A DNA stretch of 64,000 nucleotides, taken from the NCBI GenBank assembly GCA_049512315.1, contig JBEKXF010000009.1, positions 1 through 64,000 of the forward strand, in the 5' to 3' direction. Positions within the stretch are counted from its first letter, which is position 1; each line of letters begins with the position of its first letter. The notes beneath the pieces are model-generated. The model was not told the origin of the DNA and ran no database searches. It saw only the letters and a list, made by a program, of their open reading frames with translations. The stretch is from Candidatus Aminicenantales bacterium (lineage in GTDB: Bacteria; Acidobacteriota; Aminicenantia; Aminicenantales; Saccharicenantaceae). Position numbers and translations under genes: made by a program. Below, one piece after another: positions 54,958 to 64,000 of the stretch.

Positions 54958-55701
54958 TCACATGTAGAAGCCGCCGTTGACACCGATCACCTGGCCCGTG
55001 ATGTAAGAGGCGTCATCGGAAAGAAGGAATTTTACCGCAGACGCCACGTCTTTGGGAAGCCCGAATCTTTTCATCGGGATCCACGCCAGGAACGTCTTTT
55101 GGATGTCCTCGGGAAGCTTCTCGGTCATGGCCGTGGAGATGTAACCGGGCGCGACGGCGTTGACGGTGATGCCCCGGGCCGCCACCTCCCGGGCCAGCGA
55201 CTTGGCGAAGGCGACGGCCCCGGCCTTGGAGGCCGCGTAGTTGACCTGGCCCGCGTTCCCCATGAGCCCAGCGACGGAGGCGATGTTGACGATCCGGCCG
55301 TAGCGGGCGGCGACCATGGCCCTCAGGACGGCCTTCGAAAAGTTGAAGACGCCCTTCAGGTTGACCCGGAGGACGGCGTCCCAATCCTCCTCCTTCATCC
55401 GCAGGAGGAGGCCGTCCCGGGTAATGCCGGCGTTGTTGACAAGGTGGTCGATCCGGCCGTGGGAGGCGGCCACCGCGTCCGCGACCTCCTGGGCCCGGAC
55501 GGCATCCGAGACGTCGGCCTGGTGGACGTCGGCCCGGCCGCCCGCCCCGACGATGCTCCGGGCAACGGCCTCGAGCTTGTCCTTCTGGACGTCCACGAGG
55601 ACGACCGTCGCTCCCTCGGCGGCGAGGTCGAGGGCGATGGCTTCACCGATGCCCTGGGAGGCGCCCGTCACGATCGAAACGCGGCCTTCGAACCGTTTCA
55701 T
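54958..55701 (-). CDS. fabG: 3-oxoacyl-ACP reductase
   Basis: [32 protein letters not shown]. Confidence 0.95.
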   Translation of the reverse strand: MKRFEGRVSIVTGASQGIGEAIALDLAAEGATVVLVDVQKDKLEAVARSIVGAGGRADVHQADVSDAVRAQEVADAVAASHGRIDHLVNNAGITRDGLLLRMKEEDWDAVLRVNLKGVFNFSKAVLRAMVAARYGRIVNIASVAGLMGNAGQVNYAASKAGAVAFAKSLAREVAARGITVNAVAPGYISTAMTEKLPEDIQKTFLAWIPMKRFGLPKDVASAVKFLLSDDASYITGQVIGVNGGFYM

Positions 55702-56711
55702 GCGCCGGCTCCTTTGAGGGCCTGCTCGTAGCGGAGGATCTCGGTCTGGATCCGGTCCTGGACGTGGTTCAGGACGAACTCCCGTCCCCGGCCGACGGCG
55801 TTCCGGACGGCGTGAGGGTTGGACCGGCCGTGGCCGATGACGCAAACGCCGTTGATCCCCAGGAGCTGGGCCCCCCCGTATTCGGAGTAATCCACTTTTT
55901 TATAGAGCTTCTTGAGGTGTCTTTTCATAAGGACGTAGCCGAGCTTGGCGAAGATGTTCTTGGTGATCTCGTGTCGGGCCATGGAGAGCACGCTCTCGAC
56001 GACGCCCTCGGACACCTTGAGGGCCACGTTCCCCGTGAAGCCGTCGCTGACGACGACGTCCGCGGCCCCGGAGAACAGATCCTTCCCCTCGACGTTGCCG
56101 ATGAAATTGACGGGAGAGGTCTGGAGCCTGTCGAAGGCCTCGCGGACGAGGTCGTTCCCCTTGGATTTCTCCTCGCCGATGCTCATCAGCCCGACGCGAG
56201 GGTTCGGCAAAGCCATGATCGTTTCCATGAAGATCTTGCCCATGATCGCGAACTGGACGAGGTTGTTCGGCTGGCAGTTGGCGTTGGCCCCGACGTCGAT
56301 GAGGAGCGTCGGGCCGGCGACTCCGGGAACGAGAAGGGCCAGGGCCGGCCTGTCCACGCCCCGCAGGGTCCCCAGGACCTCCCGCGAGATGTAGACGACG
56401 GCCCCGGTGTTTCCCATGGAAACGAAGGCCTCGGCCTGTCCGTCCTTGACGAGCTGGGCCCCGACCCGGATCGAGGAGGCCTTCTTTTTCCGAAAGGAGA
56501 GCAGGCCCTCGCCCATGCCGATCGCCTCGGGCGCGTCGACGATGGTCGCCCGGGAGATTTTCGGGGCCAGGCAGTCGTATTCTTTCTTGATCAGGTGCTC
56601 GACACCGACGAGAAGAATGTCGATGCCGAAATCCTCGGCTGCGCGGAGGGCCCCTTCGACCGTGACCTTAGGGCCGAAATCCCCCCCCATCGCGTCAACG
56701 GCGATTTTCAT
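55698..56711 (-). CDS. plsX: phosphate acyltransferase PlsX
   Basis: IAVDAMGGD, GNTGA, RPAL, DVGAN, DGFTGNVALK, HGRS. Confidence 0.96.
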   Translation of the reverse strand: MKIAVDAMGGDFGPKVTVEGALRAAEDFGIDILLVGVEHLIKKEYDCLAPKISRATIVDAPEAIGMGEGLLSFRKKKASSIRVGAQLVKDGQAEAFVSMGNTGAVVYISREVLGTLRGVDRPALALLVPGVAGPTLLIDVGANANCQPNNLVQFAIMGKIFMETIMALPNPRVGLMSIGEEKSKGNDLVREAFDRLQTSPVNFIGNVEGKDLFSGAADVVVSDGFTGNVALKVSEGVVESVLSMARHEITKNIFAKLGYVLMKRHLKKLYKKVDYSEYGGAQLLGINGVCVIGHGRSNPHAVRNAVGRGREFVLNHVQDRIQTEILRYEQALKGAGA

Positions 56712-56727
56712 GGAAGAAAACCCCCGG

Positions 56728-56910
56728 TCAGTCTTCTTTTCCTTCCGTCACCTGCCGGCCCTTGTAGTAACCGCACTCGGGGCACGCCCGGTGCGGCAGC
56801 TTAGGGTTGCCGCAGTTGGGGCAGACAGAGAAGGCGGGGAGAACGAGTCCGTCGTGGGCCCGGCGCTTTCCTTTTCTCGTCGGAGAATGTCTTCTCTTTG
56901 GGTTTGGCAT
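56728..56910 (-). CDS. rpmF: 50S ribosomal protein L32 (zinc-binding form)
   Basis: MPNPKRRHS...CPNCG...[11 protein letters not shown]. Confidence 0.96.
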   Translation of the reverse strand: MPNPKRRHSPTRKGKRRAHDGLVLPAFSVCPNCGNPKLPHRACPECGYYKGRQVTEGKED

Positions 56911-56911
56911 T

Positions 56912-57430
56912 TTAGCTTTTATCTTTCACGACAAATTTGAGCTTGTTCCAGCGCGGGTCGGATTCCTTGACCATGCAGGAGCAGCCCCCGTCGCGGACGA
57001 CCTCGCCGCAGACGGCGCAGATCCCCTCGCAGTCCGGCGAGCAGAGGGGCTTGCCCGGAAAGGTCAGGTTCAGCTGCTCGAGGATGACGGCCCGGAGGTC
57101 GAGACGACGGTCGCGGTAATACATCCTGTCGATCTCGTCGTCCGTCAGCTCGTCGGGCGGGGCGTCGAGCTCCTCCGGGAGGTAGACGAGGTCGAACTTG
57201 CTCCGCACCGGGAACTCGTACGGGGTCAGGCAGCGGCTGCAGACGAAGCTCAGCTTGGCCGTGATCTCGCCCTGGACGAGGACCTCGTCGCCGAGCATCC
57301 GAACGTAGACCTCGGCATGGGCGGGTTCGAGAAAAACGGCGTTCTCCTCGACCAGGTCCAGGCTCATGAAGTCGAAATCCCCGGACAGGCGGAGGCCCTC
57401 CTTGGGCAGCCGGTCAATATCGATCAACAT
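56912..57430 (-). CDS. yceD: YceD/DUF177 protein
   Basis: CSRCL and LC...C.GIC..CG motifs, DPRW..L; upstream of rpmF. Confidence 0.9.
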   Translation of the reverse strand: MLIDIDRLPKEGLRLSGDFDFMSLDLVEENAVFLEPAHAEVYVRMLGDEVLVQGEITAKLSFVCSRCLTPYEFPVRSKFDLVYLPEELDAPPDELTDDEIDRMYYRDRRLDLRAVILEQLNLTFPGKPLCSPDCEGICAVCGEVVRDGGCSCMVKESDPRWNKLKFVVKDKS

Positions 57431-57470
57431 CGTCGTATCCACGGTGATAGTCCTCAAAAATCGTTAACTT

Positions 57471-57498
57471 ATTATACCAGCGCGACCCCCTTTGTCAA
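57471..57498 (-). promoter_or_regulatory. sigma70 promoter for the yceD-rpmF-plsX-fab operon
   Basis: Minus strand TTGACA, 16 nt, TATAAT with an extended TG. Confidence 0.75.
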
Positions 57499-57618
57499 AT
57501 GAAGGCCCCGGGGGCGGGGACGGCCGGACTGGAAAGGGGGACGGTCCCCCTCCGGCCCCCCCGAATTCGGCCTTGCGCAGGGAAGGCAAACGGGTATAAT
57601 GAGGGAGGATTTCCCGGC

Positions 57619-57864
57619 ATGAGCGGCTATAACACGCGGGTGGAATACAGGGGATCGGCGTACATCGTCCAGACCCAGGACAAGGGTCTGGCCGCCCAGT
57701 ACGTCGAATCCCTCATCTACAAGTCCGGCAAGCTCCTGACCTCCAAGAAGACGTTCTACACGTCCTCTCTCTCGAGCCCCGGCGTTAAGACCGTCATCGA
57801 GCAGATGATGGAGTCCCAGCACAAGAAGATCCTGGAAGAGATCGTCGAAGGTAAATTCGACTGA
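57619..57864 (+). CDS. small conserved hypothetical protein
   Basis: TTGCGC-16-TATAAT promoter and GGAGG RBS; GYNT.V...G..Y.VQTQD.G...QHK motif. Confidence 0.75.
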   Translation: MSGYNTRVEYRGSAYIVQTQDKGLAAQYVESLIYKSGKLLTSKKTFYTSSLSSPGVKTVIEQMMESQHKKILEEIVEGKFD

Positions 57865-57893
57865 GTCCTCGCGGGATCCGAACCGAAGGGGCC

Positions 57894-60569
57894 ATGGAGG
57901 GAAAGAGACTCTTCCTCGTCGATGGGAACTCCCTCCTCTACCGCGCTTATTACGCGATCCGGCAGCTCTCGACGTCCCAAGGCTTCCCGACCAACGCCAT
58001 CTTCGGGTTCATCAGCGCCCTGCGGAAGATCATCGACCAGGAGAAGCCCGACTACCTGGGGGTCGTCTTCGACGTCAAGGGGCCGACGATCCGGCACGAG
58101 GCCTACAGGGACTACAAGGCCCACCGCAAGCCCATGCCCGACGACCTCGCCGTCCAGGTCCCGGTCCTCAAGGAGGTCCTCCACGCCCTGAGGATCCCCA
58201 CGGCCGAATTCGAGAAGTACGAGGCCGATGATGTTCTGGCAACCCTGGCCCGGCGGGCGGCCAGGAAAAAGATCCGGTCCGTGATCGTCACCACGGATAA
58301 GGACCTCCTCCAGGTCGTCGACCCGTCGACGGTCATCTACAACCCGGCCAAGGAAACGACCGTCGACGAAGCCGGCGTCAAGGACATCTTCGGCGTCGGA
58401 GCGGACCAGGTCGTCGACGTCCTGTCCCTGTGGGGTGACCCGACGGACAACGTCCCCGGTGTCCCGGGGGTCGGCGAGAAGACGGCCAAGGCTCTCATCC
58501 AGGAGTTCGGCTCCCTGGACAACCTCCTCCGGAACCTGGACCGGGTCAAAAATCCGCGGATCAGGGAAAAGATCGAGCAGAACCGCGACCTCCTCGACCT
58601 CAGCCGACGGCTGGTTACGGTCGTGCGCGACCTCGACGTCGGCCTGGACCTCGACGCCTACGCCCTCCAGGAACCCGACGAGAAGGAGGTCCTCCGCCTC
58701 TTCCAGAGCCTCGAATTCACGACCCTCCTCGGGGACTTCCTGAAGAAGCCGCGGCCGGAGAAAAGGGATTACCGGGTCGTCTTCGAGGAGAGCGAGCTTG
58801 CCGCCCTCTGTGGCCGGATCGCCCGGGCCGCGGCCGTCGCCTTGGACACGGAAACAGACAGCCCATTCCCGACCCGGGCCCGCCTCGTCGGGATGTCGTT
58901 CGCTCTTGTCCCCGGCGAGGCTTTTTACCTTCCCCTCGGCCACGACTATCTGGGAGCGCCCGCCCAGGTCCCCAAAGAAAAGGCCTTCTCCCTTCTCCGC
59001 CCGATCCTCGAGGCGGCCGCGATCAGGAAAACGGGCCAGAATATCAAGTACGACGCCATCGTCCTCCGCCGAGAGGGCGTCCATCTCGGCGGGATCGAGC
59101 GTGACACCATGGTCCTCTCCTATCTGCTCGAGCCGAACTGGGGAAAGCACAACCTGGAGAGGCTGGCCCTGACCTATCTCCAGGCCGGCAAGACGCCCTA
59201 CGAGAGCGTCGTCGGGAAGGGGAAGAACCAGCTCACGATGGACAAAGTCGACATCGACCGGGTCGCCCCCTATGCCTGCCAGGACGCCGACCTGGCCCTC
59301 GAGCTCGGGACGCTCCTCTTCGAGAAGGTCCGGGAGAGGAAGCTCGACCGCCTGTACGACGAGATCGAGCGGCCCCTGATCGAGCTCCTGGCGCAGATGG
59401 AGATCTGGGGGGTTCGGGTGGACCCTGCCGTCCTCCGGGCCATGTCCAGGGAGCTCCAGGCCGAGCTCCAGTCGCTCGAGAAAGAGATCCATGAGCTGGC
59501 GGGCGGCGCTTTCAATATCAACTCCCCCCGGCAGCTCGGCTCGATCCTTTTCCATAAGCTCGGCCTCCCCGCGACGAAAAAGACGCGGGTCACGAAGGGG
59601 TTCTCGACCTCCCTGGACATCCTCGAAGAGCTGGCCGCCCTCCATCCCCTGGCCAGGCTCGTCCTGGATTACCGCCAGAAAACGAAGCTCAAGAGTACCT
59701 ATGCCGACGCCCTGCCGGAGCTCATCGACCCGGAGACGGGGAGGATTCACACCTCCTACAACCAGACCGTGGCTTCCACGGGCCGGCTGTCGTCGAGCGA
59801 CCCCAACCTTCAGAACATTCCGGCCCGCGGCGAGTGGGGGCCGCGGTTCCGCCGGGCGTTCATCGCCGACAAGGGGCACGGCCTCCTCGCGGCCGACTAT
59901 TCACAGATCGAGCTCAGGATCCTGGCCCATCTCTCGGAGGACCCGGCCTTGATAGAAACATTCCTCATGGATCGGGACGTCCATGACGAGACGGCCCGGC
60001 TCGTCTTCTCCGTCGAGGCGAGGCTCCCGGCGGAAGAGATGAGGCGGCAGGCCAAGGTCATCAATTTCAGCATCATCTACGGGACCTCGGCCTTCTCGCT
60101 GGCCAAAGAGCTCCAGACCTCGACAGCTGAGGCGCAGACCTTTATCGACCGTTACTTCGAGCAGCGCCCGCTCGTCCGGGATTACCTCGACCGGATCGTC
60201 GCGGAAGCGAAGGACCGGGGATACTCGGAGACGATCTTCGGCCGGCAGCGCCAGGTCCCCGAACTCCGTCAGCCCGATAAAATGACCCAGCAGGCAGGCC
60301 GCCGGATCGCCCTTAACATGCCCATCCAGGGCTCGGCGGCCGACCTCATCAAGGTCGCCATGCTCCGGATCTGGGACGATCTCCGGGCCCGCAAGCTCCG
60401 GACCCGGATGATCCTCCAGGTCCACGACGAGCTCGTCTTCGAGGTCCCGAGTGCGGAAAAGGCCGAGGTCGAAAAGATCGTCCGCGACCGAATGGAGAAC
60501 GTCTGTGCCCTCAAGGTCCCCCTCAAGGTCCACCTCGGCTGGGGCCCGAACTGGGCCGACGCAAAGTAG
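57894..60569 (+). CDS. polA: DNA polymerase I
   Basis: 5'-3' exonuclease (LVDG, YKA.R, EADD, GDPTDN.PG), 3'-5' exonuclease (DTET), polymerase motifs (DYSQIELR, K..NF..IYG, VHDEL). Confidence 0.97.
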   Translation: MEGKRLFLVDGNSLLYRAYYAIRQLSTSQGFPTNAIFGFISALRKIIDQEKPDYLGVVFDVKGPTIRHEAYRDYKAHRKPMPDDLAVQVPVLKEVLHALRIPTAEFEKYEADDVLATLARRAARKKIRSVIVTTDKDLLQVVDPSTVIYNPAKETTVDEAGVKDIFGVGADQVVDVLSLWGDPTDNVPGVPGVGEKTAKALIQEFGSLDNLLRNLDRVKNPRIREKIEQNRDLLDLSRRLVTVVRDLDVGLDLDAYALQEPDEKEVLRLFQSLEFTTLLGDFLKKPRPEKRDYRVVFEESELAALCGRIARAAAVALDTETDSPFPTRARLVGMSFALVPGEAFYLPLGHDYLGAPAQVPKEKAFSLLRPILEAAAIRKTGQNIKYDAIVLRREGVHLGGIERDTMVLSYLLEPNWGKHNLERLALTYLQAGKTPYESVVGKGKNQLTMDKVDIDRVAPYACQDADLALELGTLLFEKVRERKLDRLYDEIERPLIELLAQMEIWGVRVDPAVLRAMSRELQAELQSLEKEIHELAGGAFNINSPRQLGSILFHKLGLPATKKTRVTKGFSTSLDILEELAALHPLARLVLDYRQKTKLKSTYADALPELIDPETGRIHTSYNQTVASTGRLSSSDPNLQNIPARGEWGPRFRRAFIADKGHGLLAADYSQIELRILAHLSEDPALIETFLMDRDVHDETARLVFSVEARLPAEEMRRQAKVINFSIIYGTSAFSLAKELQTSTAEAQTFIDRYFEQRPLVRDYLDRIVAEAKDRGYSETIFGRQRQVPELRQPDKMTQQAGRRIALNMPIQGSAADLIKVAMLRIWDDLRARKLRTRMILQVHDELVFEVPSAEKAEVEKIVRDRMENVCALKVPLKVHLGWGPNWADAK

Positions 60570-60581
60570 CCTGAGCAGACC

Positions 60582-61706
60582 TTACAGGGCTTTCTGGAGG
60601 ACGCGGAATTTCTTGTAGATCTTGCCGCCCATGCGCTCCATCTCTCCCCGGACCTTGACGTTGGTCTCCATCTCGTGGTGGGTGTCCATGACCTCGTAGC
60701 CCGCTTCCAGGGCCGACTGGATCATCTTGACTCCCATCACAACGTCCAGGCCCTGGCCCCGGTACTTGTCCTTGACCGCTCCGAGGAGGAGGTCGAGCTG
60801 TTTCGTTTTCTTGGCCGACCGGAGGATGTGGATGAATCCGAAGGGGAAGAGCCGGCCCCGGGCCTTCAGGATCCCGCCGCTCATGTCGGGCATGCCGACG
60901 ATGAACGCCACGATCTCGCCGTCCTTCGTGACGACCTTGACGAAGTTGGGGTTGAGGACGGGCAGATAGCGCTTGGCCAGCTCGTCCATCTCTTTCTCGT
61001 CGAGCGGCGCGTAGCCGTAGATGTTGTTCTGCATGTAGGTCTCGTTCATCAGGGACAGGACCGGTCGGATCCAGGGTTTGATCTGCTTCTTGGTCTTGAA
61101 CTCCAGGATCTCGAAGACCCCCTTCTTCTCGGCCCGCTCGTAAATTTTCTTGTAGAACTCGGGCATCTCCTTGGGAATGTCGATCTTGTAGACGAAATAA
61201 TCGATGTCCTTAACGTAACCCTCGTTCTCGACGAGCTTGGGCATCCAGGGGAAATTGTAATAGGTGGCGATGGTCGCCCGGTGGTCGAAGCCCTCAATGA
61301 GGAACCCTTCGGGGTCCTGGTCGGAGAAGCCGTACGGACCGACGACCCGGGTCATCCCCTTGGTCCTGGCCCAATCCTCGATCCTGGCGAGAAGGGCGTG
61401 TACGACCTCCTGGTCCTCGTGCGTCTCCAGGTATCCGAAGCGGGCCGTTTTCTCGCCCCGGTGCTCGTTGTGGCGGTGGTTGATGATTCCCATGGCCCGG
61501 CCGACGCAGGCGCCGTCCTTGAGCGCCAGGATCATGATCGTGTCGCAGTAGCCGAAGGCTTTGTTCTCTTTCGGGTCGAAGAATTTCCAGTCGTCCATGT
61601 AGATGGGGTGGACCCAGTTCGCGTGGCCGCCGTGGATCTTTTCGGGAAGGAAGATGAAGGTTTTGAGGTCTTTTCGGGATTGGATTTCCTTGACTTCGAT
61701 GGCCAT
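60582..61706 (-). CDS. YghO-like tandem GNAT-fold acyltransferase (bacterial ceramide synthase-like family)
   Basis: F..LP.....NWV.P, VGR...IIN..N, FG..E, GP..F....G.LIEGFD, YN.P....E..GY.K..D, YRG.G. Confidence 0.7.
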   Translation of the reverse strand: MAIEVKEIQSRKDLKTFIFLPEKIHGGHANWVHPIYMDDWKFFDPKENKAFGYCDTIMILALKDGACVGRAMGIINHRHNEHRGEKTARFGYLETHEDQEVVHALLARIEDWARTKGMTRVVGPYGFSDQDPEGFLIEGFDHRATIATYYNFPWMPKLVENEGYVKDIDYFVYKIDIPKEMPEFYKKIYERAEKKGVFEILEFKTKKQIKPWIRPVLSLMNETYMQNNIYGYAPLDEKEMDELAKRYLPVLNPNFVKVVTKDGEIVAFIVGMPDMSGGILKARGRLFPFGFIHILRSAKKTKQLDLLLGAVKDKYRGQGLDVVMGVKMIQSALEAGYEVMDTHHEMETNVKVRGEMERMGGKIYKKFRVLQKAL

Positions 61707-61828
61707 GGCTCCTGCCTTTCGCGAGCAACGCTGCCTTGTCCTTATATTCCAGGATTCCAGGGGAAAAATCAAATATTATTTTGTTCTGGAAATCCTGTTC
61801 AAAAGATGAGGACGGAGTGTGGAAATTC

Positions 61829-61857
61829 TTGACAATTCCTGAGGGGCCTCATATACT
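61829..61857 (+). promoter_or_regulatory. sigma70 promoter for the antiporter-like subunit operon
   Basis: TTGACA, 17 nt, TATACT. Confidence 0.7.
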
Positions 61858-61889
61858 ACTCCCTCAAAATAAGGAATCAAATCTTCACT

Positions 61890-63320
61890 ATGAACGTCGA
61901 AACCATCGCCCTCCTCACGATTCTTGTCCCCATCGTCGGCTCCTTCACGATCCCCCTGGCGGCCCTCCTCTCCAAGCCGGCCCGGTCGCTGTGGGCCGTC
62001 CTGGTGAGCGCGGCGACCGCGGTCTTGCCCCTGACGCTGATCCCGTTCGCCCTCGGCGGGGGGGATCTGGTCATCCGAAAGCCGTTCATCCTCGGGCTCG
62101 ATTTCATCCTCATCCTCGACCCCCTGTCGATCTTCATGGCCTGCGTTTCGTCATTCGTCGGCTGTCTGATCGTCGTCTACTCCATCGGCTACATCCACCA
62201 CCAGGAACACCAGAACGAATACTACCTGATGGTCCTCCTGTTCATCGGCGCCATGATGGGACTCGTGTTCTCCGGCAACCTTATCTTCCTCTACCTGTTC
62301 TGGGAGATCATCGCCATCAGCTGCTGGCGCCTGATCGGGTTTTACCGCGAGCCAAGCTTCGTCATCAAGGCCGACAAGGCCTTCCTCGTGACCTTCTTCG
62401 GCGCCGTGGTCATGCTCCTCGGGTTCATCCAGATCTACGGCGTCACCAACACCTTCGACATCACCGCGATGCGCGGGACCCTCATCCCCGGAAGCGCGGT
62501 CCTGCTGATCCTCTTCGGCCTGTTCTCGAAATCCGCTACCGTGCCCCTCCACACCTGGCTGCCCGACGCCGGCGTCGCCCCGACGACGGTCACGGCCCTC
62601 CTCCACGCCGCCGTCCTCGTCAAGATCGGCGTCTACGCCTACGCTCGCCTCTTCCTCTACGGGTTCAAGATCCCCGCCGAATGGCAGCAGATCATCCCCG
62701 TCGTGGTGGTCGTCTCCAGCCTGGTGGCCGCGGGCGCGGCCGCCGTCGAGAACGACTTCAAGCGAATCCTGGCCTACTCGACGGTCAGCCAGATCGGCTA
62801 CATCTTCCTCGGCTTCAGCATGGCCAACGCGGCCGGGATCTCCGGGTCCCTGCTCTTCATCCTGATGCACGGCCTGGCCAAGGCCGGCCTCTTCCTCTGC
62901 GCCGGGATCGTCATCCACGCGACCCACACCAAGGACATCCGGGAGATGGGCGGCCTCATCCGGACCATGCCCGTGACCGCTGTCGCTTTCCTCTTCTGCG
63001 CCTTCTCCGTCATCGGCATCCCGCCCTTCGGCGGGTTCTTCTCCAAGTTCCTGGTGATCATGGGCACCCTCCAGGCGGGCCAGGTCTGGCTGGCCGGGAC
63101 GGCCCTGTTCACCGCCGTTTTGACGATGTTCTACCTGCTGAAGGTTTTCAGCATGGTCTTCCTGGGTGAGCCAAAGCACCCGGCCCCGGAAAAAACGAAA
63201 TCCATGGTCTTTGTCGTCGCGACCCTGGCCGTCCTCAGCCTGGCGGCCGGCCTTCTGGTCTCCTATCCCATGAAGCTCGTCAACATCGCGACGGCCCAGA
63301 TGAGTTGGTGGCTCCGATGA
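61890..63320 (+). CDS. proton/sodium-translocating antiporter-like subunit (NuoL/MrpA/HyfB family)
   Basis: FWE, KSATVPLHTWLPDA..APT..TALLHAA..VK.G, KRILAYST.SQ.GY, H...KA.LF, GIPPF.GF.SK. Confidence 0.9.
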   Translation: MNVETIALLTILVPIVGSFTIPLAALLSKPARSLWAVLVSAATAVLPLTLIPFALGGGDLVIRKPFILGLDFILILDPLSIFMACVSSFVGCLIVVYSIGYIHHQEHQNEYYLMVLLFIGAMMGLVFSGNLIFLYLFWEIIAISCWRLIGFYREPSFVIKADKAFLVTFFGAVVMLLGFIQIYGVTNTFDITAMRGTLIPGSAVLLILFGLFSKSATVPLHTWLPDAGVAPTTVTALLHAAVLVKIGVYAYARLFLYGFKIPAEWQQIIPVVVVVSSLVAAGAAAVENDFKRILAYSTVSQIGYIFLGFSMANAAGISGSLLFILMHGLAKAGLFLCAGIVIHATHTKDIREMGGLIRTMPVTAVAFLFCAFSVIGIPPFGGFFSKFLVIMGTLQAGQVWLAGTALFTAVLTMFYLLKVFSMVFLGEPKHPAPEKTKSMVFVVATLAVLSLAAGLLVSYPMKLVNIATAQMSWWLR

Positions 63321-64000
63321 CGCCCAAAATGCTCCTTCTGCCGGTCCTCCTGCCTGCGGTCCTCGCCGTCGCCCTTCTCCTCATTCCCAAGGGGGTCAGG
63401 CTCCTCCGGGAGCTCCTGGCTGTCGCCGGGTCCACGGTCCTTCTCTATTACGCGTTCGTCTTCTTCTCGGTGAAGAACCTCGAGCTGAGCGTCCCCTGGC
63501 TGGGAATGGGGATCGACTTCGAGCTTCGCCTGTTCCACTTTTCGAGCTTCATCCTTCTCGCCCTGTCGGGGTTCCTCGTCCTGATCACGCTCTTCTCGAC
63601 GGTCAAGATGAAGGACGCCTCGCGGGTCCGGGAATATTACGCCTACGTCTTCCTGACGGCCGCCTTCGCCAACGGGGCGGTCCTGGCCAACAATTTCGTG
63701 CCCCTCCTCTTCTTCTGGGAGGGGCTGCTCGTGACCCTGTACGGCCTCATCACCATCGGCGGCAAGCCGACCTCGAACCGGACCGCGGTCAAGGCCCTCC
63801 TGATCAGCGGGTTCTGCGATTTCTCGATGATCATGGGCATCGGCCTTCTCTGGTCGCTGTCCGGCACGCTGACCATGTCCAAGGTCTCGGTCGAGCCCAC
63901 GGGCCTCGCCGCGGTGGCCTTCGTCCTCATGATGATCGGCGCCATCGGCAAGGCCGGGGCCATGCCGTTCCACACCTGGATCCCCGACGCCGCCCTGGAC
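63317..64000 (+). CDS. second antiporter-like subunit (NuoL/MrpD/HyfF family), truncated by the window end
   Basis: ATGA overlap; hydrophobic open frame to the end with FFWE and KAGAMPFHTWIPDAA. Confidence 0.85.
   Translation, partial: MTPKMLLLPVLLPAVLAVALLLIPKGVRLLRELLAVAGSTVLLYYAFVFFSVKNLELSVPWLGMGIDFELRLFHFSSFILLALSGFLVLITLFSTVKMKDASRVREYYAYVFLTAAFANGAVLANNFVPLLFFWEGLLVTLYGLITIGGKPTSNRTAVKALLISGFCDFSMIMGIGLLWSLSGTLTMSKVSVEPTGLAAVAFVLMMIGAIGKAGAMPFHTWIPDAALD

Noticed and set aside
1..64000. CRISPR array, rRNA, prophage or defence island
   Set aside because: No regularly spaced direct repeats, rRNA-like sequence, or phage/cas genes were seen; the repeat family found is dispersed, not arrayed.

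Overview
GC-rich bacterial chromosomal window made mostly of housekeeping genes. Gene content and order suggest an anaerobic Acidobacteriota/Aminicenantes-like organism (inference only). From left to right: the 3' end of an IS transposase; trm112-like gene, purF and lptD; a split F0 ATP synthase cluster (atpZ divergent from atpI-atpB-atpE); trxA-trxB; a long minus-strand superoperon (tRNA-Val, thrS, infC, rpmI, rplT, pheS, pheT, zapB, zapA, rny, ymdB, xseA, xseB, ispA, dxs, tlyA, nadK); an arginine catabolic cluster (COG2403/ArcE-like P-loop enzyme, carbamate kinase, ornithine carbamoyltransferase) coupled to a large unknown protein; the run pseudo-receiver, valS, birA, coaX, hypothetical, rnr, then a stand-alone SelB C-terminal protein; an HTH-TM-propeller membrane regulator candidate; dnaE, guaA, apgM and an amidase; a DUF362/polyferredoxin pair; etfBA; a fatty-acid cluster (yceD, rpmF, plsX, fabG, acpP, fabF); polA; a YghO/ceramide-synthase-like GNAT; and the start of an Mrp/NuoL-like membrane complex. 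The most notable observations are (1) a GTPase-less SelB SECIS-binding module translationally coupled to RNase R, (2) a dispersed intergenic repeat family (three copies) whose longest copy is a ~285-bp rod-like imperfect palindrome, (3) a deiminase-independent arginine synthetase-type pathway, and (4) an unknown 688-aa protein with predicted nucleic-acid-binding folds. No CRISPR array, rRNA or prophage was seen. All assignments come from motif reading by eye; no searches were run.
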